Of a DNA stretch of 19,881 nucleotides, positions 1-7,778 are shown in pieces (the stretch's first letter is position 1; every line of letters begins with the position of its first letter). The stretch lies in assembly GCA_016926735.1 (NCBI GenBank), contig JAFGOA010000013.1:1-19881 (forward strand), written 5' to 3'. A program made the position numbers and the translations under genes. The notes beneath the pieces are model-generated. The model saw only the letters and a list, made by a program, of their open reading frames with translations. It had not been told where the DNA came from and did not search any database. This stretch comes from Promethearchaeota archaeon (GTDB taxonomy: Archaea; Asgardarchaeota; Lokiarchaeia; Sigyniarchaeales; SOKP01).

Positions 1-1
1 A

Positions 2-901
2 AATATAGAGAATATAGTAGATATAATAAAAAAAAAAAAACAAGAAATAGATGAAATAGAAAAATTAATGGGTAAAAATTCTGAATATTTTCAAATACTG
101 AATGAATTATCTCTTATTTTAATAGATACAGCATCATATGAGGAAGCAGAAAAAAACTTTCTCTTATGTTTAGATTTTTTTGAAAAACAACAAGATAGAC
201 TTGGAAAGGCTTCTATATATGGTATTTTAGGAACTCTTGATTTTAAAAGAATGGAATATCAAAAATCGATAGATAATTTCAATAAAGCATATAAAATCTA
301 TAAAGAATTGAATCAATATACCGAATATATAACATGCCTAAAATCTATTGGAACTAATTATATTAAATTAAATCAACTTGAAAAAAGTAAAGATATATTT
401 TTTGATTGTAGTCGGATATGTTCTGAGTCAAATGACATTGATAATTTTTTAGATTGTTTGGGTAATTTAATCTTTATTTATGAAGAACTAGAGAATTGGG
501 AAATAGTTTTAGAATTATATAATAAATCTCTTGAAACCTTTAAAAAAATAAAAGATAACCAAGGTATAATTGTTTCTTATTATAATTTAGGAATTTTAGA
601 GAGAAGATTAGGGAATTATTCAAATGCTTTAAATTTCTTTATAGAAGGTGAACAAATAGCTAAAATATCTAATCTTATTGAATTAAGATTAAAAGGTTTA
701 TTCTATATTGGAGAGATTTTTATATATCTTGGAAGAATTAATGATTCAAAAGACCAATTTATTAAAACACTCTATTATGCTAAAAAAATAAATGCAAAAA
801 ATATGATTTTACAAGTAACCCTTTTGTTAAAATCAATAGGACTAGATAATCACAAGATAGAAGAAGAATTAGAGAAATTAAAATTAATAAAAAAAGAATA
901 A
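2..901 (+). CDS. TPR protein with 40-residue repeats (TPR_12/LGN/alpha-SNAP-like); probably 5'-truncated by the window edge
   Basis: The frame is open from position 2 (NIENIVDIIKKKKQEIDEIEKL) into the ATG at 68, so the true start may lie outside the window. At least 5 tandem 40-aa repeats, e.g. GKASIYGILGTLDFKRMEYQKSIDNFNKAYKIYKELNQYT and GIIVSYYNLGILERRLGNYSNALNFFIEGEQIAKISNLIE. Confidence 0.85.
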   Translation, partial: NIENIVDIIKKKKQEIDEIEKLMGKNSEYFQILNELSLILIDTASYEEAEKNFLLCLDFFEKQQDRLGKASIYGILGTLDFKRMEYQKSIDNFNKAYKIYKELNQYTEYITCLKSIGTNYIKLNQLEKSKDIFFDCSRICSESNDIDNFLDCLGNLIFIYEELENWEIVLELYNKSLETFKKIKDNQGIIVSYYNLGILERRLGNYSNALNFFIEGEQIAKISNLIELRLKGLFYIGEIFIYLGRINDSKDQFIKTLYYAKKINAKNMILQVTLLLKSIGLDNHKIEEELEKLKLIKKE

Positions 902-1010
902 ATTAGGATAATTATACTTTATATACAATTTTATAATTTTAGAATAATATTTTTGCTAAAGCACAAAATTACAAAATGAATTTATTTGAAAAATAGAAGA
1001 CGTATTAAAA

Positions 1011-2459
1011 ATGAAAGATTGTCCTTATTGTAATAGAAAGATTAAAGATCATTGGCTATTCTGTCAGTTCTGTAATAAACCATTACTTGCAAATATAGAA
1101 TTTGATTCAAAACAGTCAAATTATTATTTAGATAGTTCTGGATATGAAACTCTTTATGATTTTGATAATGATTCTAATGATGATTTAAATTATCAAGAAG
1201 AAAATGAAGAAGATAAAAATTTAAATAATAAAATTCTAGCAATTGACAAGAAAATAAGTGAGTTATCTAAACGTGGAGAGAATTTTGGAGATCTCCTGTT
1301 AAAAAAGGCTAGTATTTATTATAAAAATAGAAAATATTCCAATACGCAAAAAGAATTAGAAAAAGCTTTAGAAAGTTTTAAAATTGAAAATAATAAATTG
1401 AAAATTGCTATTACTAATAATGAACTGGGTTTAATTAAAGAAGAATTAGGATTTTTTGAAGATGCTATCTATCATTTTAATGAATCTATGCAAGTATTAA
1501 GAGAATTAGATGATTTTACAAAATTAGTACAAGTTTATAATAATATTGGAAATGCATATTTACAAATTAAGGATATTGAAAATTCTTATCAATTTTATCA
1601 AAATGCTATAGAATTATCAGTGAAAGAGAATTTAATGTATGAAGAAATAAAATCTCTAAGTAATTTAGTTGAGATTTTATTTATTTTGAAAGATTATGAA
1701 CGTATAAAAAAAATATTAAAAAGATTACAGCTTTTTTTTGATGAAAATGAAGATATCTATGGACTTATTATTAATCTGATAAAATATGGAAAATTGTATT
1801 ATTTTTTAGGTGAAATCCATTATGAGGAATCATACGAAAAATTACTTGGCTCATTAAAATTTATAAAAAAGATTGATAATCAAATCTCCATCTTTATGAA
1901 ATCTAAATTAGAGTGGGAGATATATCTTTATATGGGAAGGATTAATTTATTTTGGAGAAAAATAACCAAGGCAGAAAATTTTTTATTGAAAAGTTTAGAA
2001 TCTGTTAGATTAATTGAAGTTGAAAATGAAAATATCAATGAAGGAATAATTTTAAAAGTATTAGGTGAATTATTTGAATCAAAAAAAGAATATGAAAAAT
2101 CAATTGAATATTATCAATTGTCAAGCGATATATATTATAAATTTGGAGAAGACTCTATAAGTGCTGAAATCATGTCTAAAATAGGATTTATATATTTAAA
2201 TTATTTAAATAATAGTATTAAATCTATAGACTTCTATGAATCTGCCTTAAAAATTTTTGAAAAACTTGATTATTTCAAAGAAATAGCTGAAATTTATAAT
2301 CAATTAGGAGATATTTATCTCAATAAAGGATTAATAGAACTTTCCATATCTAATTTTGAAAAAGCAAAAGATTATTATGATGAATTAGATGATAAATATA
2401 ACTTTAAAATACTCGATGAAAAGATAAAATCATTATTAAATACTAATTATTCTGATTAA
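1011..2459 (+). CDS. Zinc-ribbon + acidic linker + TPR-repeat protein
   Basis: N-terminal CPYC-x10-CQFC, a D/E/N-rich linker (DFDNDSNDDLNYQEENEED), then ~40-aa TPR repeats (NNELGLIKEELG, YNNIGNAYLQIKD, YNQLGDIYLNKG). Confidence 0.85.
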   Translation: MKDCPYCNRKIKDHWLFCQFCNKPLLANIEFDSKQSNYYLDSSGYETLYDFDNDSNDDLNYQEENEEDKNLNNKILAIDKKISELSKRGENFGDLLLKKASIYYKNRKYSNTQKELEKALESFKIENNKLKIAITNNELGLIKEELGFFEDAIYHFNESMQVLRELDDFTKLVQVYNNIGNAYLQIKDIENSYQFYQNAIELSVKENLMYEEIKSLSNLVEILFILKDYERIKKILKRLQLFFDENEDIYGLIINLIKYGKLYYFLGEIHYEESYEKLLGSLKFIKKIDNQISIFMKSKLEWEIYLYMGRINLFWRKITKAENFLLKSLESVRLIEVENENINEGIILKVLGELFESKKEYEKSIEYYQLSSDIYYKFGEDSISAEIMSKIGFIYLNYLNNSIKSIDFYESALKIFEKLDYFKEIAEIYNQLGDIYLNKGLIELSISNFEKAKDYYDELDDKYNFKILDEKIKSLLNTNYSD

Positions 2460-2460
2460 A

Positions 2461-3126
2461 TTATGAATCGATAATAAAATCATCTTTAGTATATGTTTTT
2501 GTATCAAATTCTTTAAATCCTAATGATTTTATAAAACCTAGGCTTATTTTATTATTCTCAAAAACTTCACATTTTAATTGAATTACTTCTTTTTCTTGAA
2601 AATAATTCCATGCTCTAGTACTTAAAATTGTTCCGAGACCTTTTCTTTGAAATCTTGGTATAACTCCAAGTCCCGCGATTATTCCTATTTTTTTTTCTTT
2701 ATCTTCAAAATCAAGAAGTATAAAGCCAGCATCAGTTCCATATACATTAGCAATAAACATAATAGTATTAGGATATTGAAATATCTTTTTCAATGATTCA
2801 AAATCAATTGGACGGAATGGTTCATTAGAAGTCAGCCAAGCCCTATTATGAATCATTAACACACTTTTTAAATCTTCAAAGGATGCAATTCTAATCTTTG
2901 CAGAAAGAATATTTTTATTTACTTTTTCTTTAATCTTATCAATAAATTCTGGTGTTATTTTATTAACATCTAACTTAAGTTGTATATATTTAAGTCCTTC
3001 AGATTCAATCGTTTTTGTTAAATCTTCTTTTAATTCACTATAAGGTTGAAGAGCCAAAAAAAATCTTCGGATTCTTTTTTTTTTAAAATCTATTTTAGGT
3101 TCTGTCATTTTTATTTCAAACACCAA
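2461..3126 (-). CDS. GNAT-family N-acetyltransferase with N-terminal extension
   Basis: Acetyl-CoA motif A LGVIPRFQRKGLGTIL and motif B VFENNKISLGFIKSLGFKE. Start uncertain (TTG 3126, GTG 3123 or the ATG of MTEPK). Confidence 0.85.
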   Translation of the reverse strand: MVFEIKMTEPKIDFKKKRIRRFFLALQPYSELKEDLTKTIESEGLKYIQLKLDVNKITPEFIDKIKEKVNKNILSAKIRIASFEDLKSVLMIHNRAWLTSNEPFRPIDFESLKKIFQYPNTIMFIANVYGTDAGFILLDFEDKEKKIGIIAGLGVIPRFQRKGLGTILSTRAWNYFQEKEVIQLKCEVFENNKISLGFIKSLGFKEFDTKTYTKDDFIIDS

Positions 3127-3169
3127 AAGTAAATAGAAAAAATAATGTATATAAATATAATTTCAAGAT

Positions 3170-4810
3170 TTATTTTTTTATTTTATTTACAATTTTGTCT
3201 CTAACAATACCTTCTATTTCCTCATTTATAATCTTTTTATTTCTTAGAATAGATAGTCCTTCTTGAATCCTCTTATCTAAGTTAGGATCTTTTAATATAT
3301 TCATAGAAGAAACACTGAATTCAAAATTAGATCTAAAAGCTATATCATCTTCTGCTTTGTCATTGATATTCTTTTTTAAATTAATAAATGTTTCTGAGAT
3401 ATCTTCAAATTCACAGTTAAAACCAATATTAATGTATCCTGGAAGAATAATCTTCATTTTTTCTTCCATCATGGATTCATCTTCAATAAACATAACATAT
3501 AATGGCATATATATCCATTGTATTGGTTTTGCAAATAAATTTGCTTTATTATCATCAAGAGACCAATTTTGCAGATCTTTAATTTCGTATGAACAATTTT
3601 GAATTTTATTTTGTATTATATTTTTAATATTAGTGAATTCATCTTCAATTTGAACTTTTAATTTTTGGATATTTTTGCTTTTTTCTTCTTTTTCTTTTTG
3701 AAAAAGAGATATTTGATTATCACGTTCTTTTAATTCTTTATTTAAGTCATTCTCATAATTAATTAAACGTTCTTGCGCTTTATTATTAATATCTATTTCT
3801 TGTTGTATTATCTCATTAACTTTTTCATTAATATTCATAAGATTCTCTGTAAATTTATTGTTCTCGACTTCTAAAAATCTAAAATGTCTTTCTATGTTTT
3901 GAATTAATTCTGAAAATGGGTTTCTTTTTAAAACATCACTACTGCAATAAAATCGATTCCTTTTTACTATCTCCTCCAAAATTCTCTCTAAAGTCATGAA
4001 TTGAGTAGAAATATTCTCTGCTAATTTTTTTTTTTCTTCTATTTTCCATTGACCTACTTTGTCTTTTTCTAACTCTAATTTCTTTTTGATTTGATCATCA
4101 TCAATAGATATTGAAACTTTTTTAAGTTGAGAATCATATCGAAGATTGATATCTTTTTCTTGAACATTATAATCAAGAATCCATTTATCAATTTCATTAC
4201 CAATAAGGGTAATTAAAGTCTCCCATCTATGAGCGTTTCCTTTTAGTGTTGTAATAATATTTCTATAATTTTCTGCTAAATCAAGAGCAGACTCGGTTGT
4301 AAGATTTGTATCTAAAGGAATAAAACCTTTTATAGGTTTATAGTCCAAATGGGGAATTAATTTTAATAATGATGATAAAAATTCTGGATTAGTTAGCGCT
4401 TCAAGAGTTAGAATTTGATATTCAGATTCCTCTCCTACTCCAACTTCTTTAGCATCTTTATCTTTATAGGTTAAAACATCTTTGATAGTATCTAATAATT
4501 CTGTTTTCGATTTATTATCTATATTTCTCAAAATATGCCCTATCAATGGCTTTCTTGGAGCATTTGTTATTTTTCCCTTTTTTGAAAAAAATTTCAATCC
4601 ATCTAAAATGATATGTGTTGAATCTAATCCTTGAATTGATAAAAATGGCCAAAGTAATCTTGAAAAAGATAATATTTTTTCATTACTTCCTAATTCTTTA
4701 GATAGAAGGTAAAATGCTAAAATTAATTCATCATTTTCTTCGAGAATTGGATAATTTTTATTTTTATCTAAAAATAATGGTAATATATATTGATTTCCAT
4801 GAATTGACAT
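3170..4810 (-). CDS. Hypothetical protein with a long central coiled-coil region
   Basis: 546-aa ORF. Residues ~175-415 are K/E/Q/N-rich heptads, flanked by hydrophobic globular segments (LLWPFLSI; IYMPLYVMF). GGGAT lies 4 nt upstream of the ATG. Confidence 0.75.
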   Translation of the reverse strand: MSIHGNQYILPLFLDKNKNYPILEENDELILAFYLLSKELGSNEKILSFSRLLWPFLSIQGLDSTHIILDGLKFFSKKGKITNAPRKPLIGHILRNIDNKSKTELLDTIKDVLTYKDKDAKEVGVGEESEYQILTLEALTNPEFLSSLLKLIPHLDYKPIKGFIPLDTNLTTESALDLAENYRNIITTLKGNAHRWETLITLIGNEIDKWILDYNVQEKDINLRYDSQLKKVSISIDDDQIKKKLELEKDKVGQWKIEEKKKLAENISTQFMTLERILEEIVKRNRFYCSSDVLKRNPFSELIQNIERHFRFLEVENNKFTENLMNINEKVNEIIQQEIDINNKAQERLINYENDLNKELKERDNQISLFQKEKEEKSKNIQKLKVQIEDEFTNIKNIIQNKIQNCSYEIKDLQNWSLDDNKANLFAKPIQWIYMPLYVMFIEDESMMEEKMKIILPGYINIGFNCEFEDISETFINLKKNINDKAEDDIAFRSNFEFSVSSMNILKDPNLDKRIQEGLSILRNKKIINEEIEGIVRDKIVNKIKK

Positions 4811-4976
4811 TTATATCCCTTTTGTTTTTAATAATTATATAGTATAAATTTTTTCTTTAAATCTTTTTACATATCTTTTTTATTACATAGTAAAAATAGC
4901 TTACAATATTAAAAATCACATATTCTTTGAACTTCCATTCCTTAAAGAAAATTGCTCTTTCTGCTCTAATTATGAC

Positions 4977-5007
4977 AAAAAAAATGAAAATAAGATTTTA
5001 TCTTATT
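4977..5007 (-). terminator. Putative terminator after the 7TM gene
   Basis: Perfect 8-bp inverted repeat AATAAGAT-N3-ATCTTATT (4989-5007) starting 5 nt after the stop, followed on the minus strand by TTCATTTTTTTT. Confidence 0.45.
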
Positions 5008-5012
5008 AGCTA

Positions 5013-5888
5013 TTATTTTAATGCTTCAAAACTATTTGCTATAACTATCAATAATAATGATAATAGTATTAATAATGGGGGCACAATTGAACCAGCATGA
5101 GTCCAATTTATTACATCAAATGCTCCTTTAGCTATTCTACCAATATAATATATTAAAAATCCAATAGCATTTATTGCATAAGATCTTCTTAGCACTCCAT
5201 ACGTTTTTAGAGCTAAATATATAAATATAAATGGTACAATAGCCACTAAAAGTGGTTGAAACACAAAATTGAATATAAAACGCCATACTGGATATTGCCA
5301 TCCACCTATTGTTATATAGACTGGATCAATTGATGGTGAATATTTATCAATAACATCCGGATCAATTAAAGTACTATCAGGAAGGAAAAATACTAATATA
5401 CCTAATAAAATTGGGATCACCATTAAACTAATCCTCATTAGAGATTTAAATAACTTCTTATGAACATTTATATAATTTTTAAATGTACTGCCATTTAATT
5501 TTGGTTTCTTTTTCTCAATTTCTGCATCTGGTGGAAAAAGTAATATTCCTAAAACACCCATTAAACAAGTTGTTCCCATCCAAGTAGAAAAAGTCGCTAA
5601 TCTATAATTAAGCATTAATAATCCTACAATTTCATCATTTGAAATTGTACCTTCTAATTCAGGGACATAGAAATCATATATTAGAAAGAATAATCTTGAA
5701 CATGCTAATGCTACAAATAATACTGAAAAATATATCCAATAAGCTTTTTTGGATATTCTAAATCTCATTATTAAAAAATAGGCAAAAATTAGAAAATAAT
5801 AACCAATAATTACCATATATAATCCAAGTTCTAATGAATCATAAAAATCAAAAAACTGAAATTCACCTTGAAAGATGTGAGAAAGCAT
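5013..5888 (-). CDS. Integral membrane protein, about 7 TM helices, no soluble output domain
   Basis: Seven hydrophobic stretches (~19-41, 50-74, 90-118, 153-169, 204-227, 238-256, 268-284). Basic clusters after TM1 (RFRISKK), TM3 (KKKPK) and TM5 (K..RR) suggest N-out/C-in topology. Confidence 0.75.
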   Translation of the reverse strand: MLSHIFQGEFQFFDFYDSLELGLYMVIIGYYFLIFAYFLIMRFRISKKAYWIYFSVLFVALACSRLFFLIYDFYVPELEGTISNDEIVGLLMLNYRLATFSTWMGTTCLMGVLGILLFPPDAEIEKKKPKLNGSTFKNYINVHKKLFKSLMRISLMVIPILLGILVFFLPDSTLIDPDVIDKYSPSIDPVYITIGGWQYPVWRFIFNFVFQPLLVAIVPFIFIYLALKTYGVLRRSYAINAIGFLIYYIGRIAKGAFDVINWTHAGSIVPPLLILLSLLLIVIANSFEALK

Positions 5889-6121
5889 AAGAATCTACCA
5901 ATATTATATCTACTAAATCTTTATAATAATGTAATCTTTTAATGTTATTTATATTTTTATTATTCTTTTTAAAAAAAAAAAATCTTAATACTAAATACTT
6001 TTAAAAAAATAAAAGTGTTTGCATCAAAAAAAAGGATGATTACATAACCTGTTAATTAATATTTATCATATTATAGAATCTTGTATTCAAAAAAAACATA
6101 TATTATCATTTATTTTCATAT

Positions 6122-7648
6122 ATGAAAAAAAGAAAAAATTTTATTATGAAAATCGAGGATAATATAGAAACATTTAACTCTCTTCTGAAAAGACAAGGAT
6201 TTATTTGGGGGCCTAGTCCAGAAATCTATGGGGGTTTAGCAGGCTTCTACTCATATGGCCCGGCAGGAATGGCACTTAAAAATAATATCTTATTTTTATT
6301 TAGAAAAGAATTAAGAGCTCTAGGATTTGGAGAAGTGGAATGTCCGACAGTTATGCCTGAAATTGTATGGGAAGCATCGGGTCATCTAGAACGATTTATT
6401 GATCCTGTAATAAAATGTAAAAAATGTGAATCAATTTTTAGAGCAGATAAATTTTTAAAAGAAAAATTACCGAATACTATGATTGATGGATTGTCTTTTG
6501 AGGAAATGGAATATTTAATAAAATCTAATTCAATAAAGTGTCCTGAATGTGATTTGGAATTTGAGAATATTGAAGATTATAATTTAATGCTAAAAACAAA
6601 AGTAGGATCTGGTAATACTGCATATCTTAGACCAGAAACAGCAACAACTACATATTTATTATTTAATAGATTGGATCAAGTATTACGAAGACAATATCCC
6701 TTGAAAGTGTTCCAATTTGGAAAAGCGTTTAGAAATGAGATCTCTCCAAGACAAGGAGTCTTACGTATGAGATCTTTTGATCAATTTGAATTACAATTTT
6801 TTATCAGTAAAGAACAAGAATTTAATTTTGAAGAATTTGATAGTGTCAAACATACAAAACTTCCTTTATTAGATTGGAAATTACAAAATAAAAATATTGA
6901 AATTCCTAATCAAATAGATTTAGAAAATGCTATCAATGAAAAAATCTTAAAAAAACCTGCTTATGCATATTGTTTATATTTATCATATTATTTAGTCTCT
7001 AAACTTGGTTTTCCTGAAGAAGTTCTTAGGTATCGACAACATAGTCCTAATGAACGAGCTCATTATGCAGATGATGCTTGGGATTTAGAAATATATACAC
7101 AACAATTTGGATGGGTTGAAATTTGCGGTATTCATGATAGAACTGATTATGATCTCAAACGTCATGGTAAATTTTCTAATCAAAACTTTGAAGTACGAAT
7201 GAATATTGATTCTAATGAAAAAGAGGTACCTCAAATTTTAGAAATTGCATATGGAATTGATAGGATCATCTACACCTTGCTTGAAACTAATTTTAATGTT
7301 GAGAAGGATAGAATAAATCTGAAATTATCTGATAATGTTGCACCAAATCAAGTAGCTATATTCCCACTCGTTAAAAATAAGGAAAAAATCAGATTATTAG
7401 CAAAAAAAATACATAACGATCTTCTTCAAGAACTAATATATTCATATTATGATGAATCAGGGTCGATAGGAAAACGATATCGAAGACAAGATGAACTTGG
7501 AACGCCTTATTGTATTACAATAGATTATGATTCACTAGAAGATAATACCGTTACCATTAGAGAAAGGGATTCAATGAAGCAAATAAGAATAAATATATCT
7601 GAAATTCTTCTAATCATAAAAAATGGTATTCAAAAAAAAAAAGAATAA
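6122..7648 (+). CDS. glyS: Glycine--tRNA ligase, archaeal/eukaryote-type alpha2 (class IIa)
   Basis: EIYGGLAGFYSYGP, WEASGH, YLRPETA, motif 2 GKAFRNEISPRQG, AHYA, GWVEICGIHDRTDYDL, and anticodon domain SGSIGKRYRRQDELGTPYCITIDYD...VTIRERDSM. CxxC/CxxC insertion present. The ATG at 6146 is an alternative start. Confidence 0.97.
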   Translation: MKKRKNFIMKIEDNIETFNSLLKRQGFIWGPSPEIYGGLAGFYSYGPAGMALKNNILFLFRKELRALGFGEVECPTVMPEIVWEASGHLERFIDPVIKCKKCESIFRADKFLKEKLPNTMIDGLSFEEMEYLIKSNSIKCPECDLEFENIEDYNLMLKTKVGSGNTAYLRPETATTTYLLFNRLDQVLRRQYPLKVFQFGKAFRNEISPRQGVLRMRSFDQFELQFFISKEQEFNFEEFDSVKHTKLPLLDWKLQNKNIEIPNQIDLENAINEKILKKPAYAYCLYLSYYLVSKLGFPEEVLRYRQHSPNERAHYADDAWDLEIYTQQFGWVEICGIHDRTDYDLKRHGKFSNQNFEVRMNIDSNEKEVPQILEIAYGIDRIIYTLLETNFNVEKDRINLKLSDNVAPNQVAIFPLVKNKEKIRLLAKKIHNDLLQELIYSYYDESGSIGKRYRRQDELGTPYCITIDYDSLEDNTVTIRERDSMKQIRINISEILLIIKNGIQKKKE

Positions 7649-7681
7649 AATTATTTTTTTAATTAATTTCTATTTATTTTC
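7649..7681 (+). terminator. Possible oligo-T terminator after glyS
   Basis: TTATTTTTTT immediately after the stop plus further T-runs. Weak evidence in such an AT-rich genome. Confidence 0.3.
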
Positions 7682-7778
7682 AAACTTTTACTTTAGAATC
7701 TCTGAAAAAATTTTAAAGAAAAGCATTTTTTAAAAATATAATATCAGTTTTTATAAATATTATATTAATAGAGTAAAT

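Noticed and set aside
28-40. A13 run (also A10 at 17381-17390 and other homopolymers in CDSs) as phase-variation or frameshift sites
   Set aside because: Reading frames stay intact (poly-Lys codons) and such runs are expected at this AT content.
4857-4997. ~45-codon minus-strand open frame (..IIRAERAIFFKEWKFKEYV..) between the 7TM and coiled-coil genes
   Set aside because: No start codon near its 5' end, overlaps the putative terminator, and has no recognisable motif.
5013-5888. Microbial rhodopsin, schizorhodopsin or heliorhodopsin
   Set aside because: No retinal-binding Lys in TM7 and no RYxxW-type TM3 motif.
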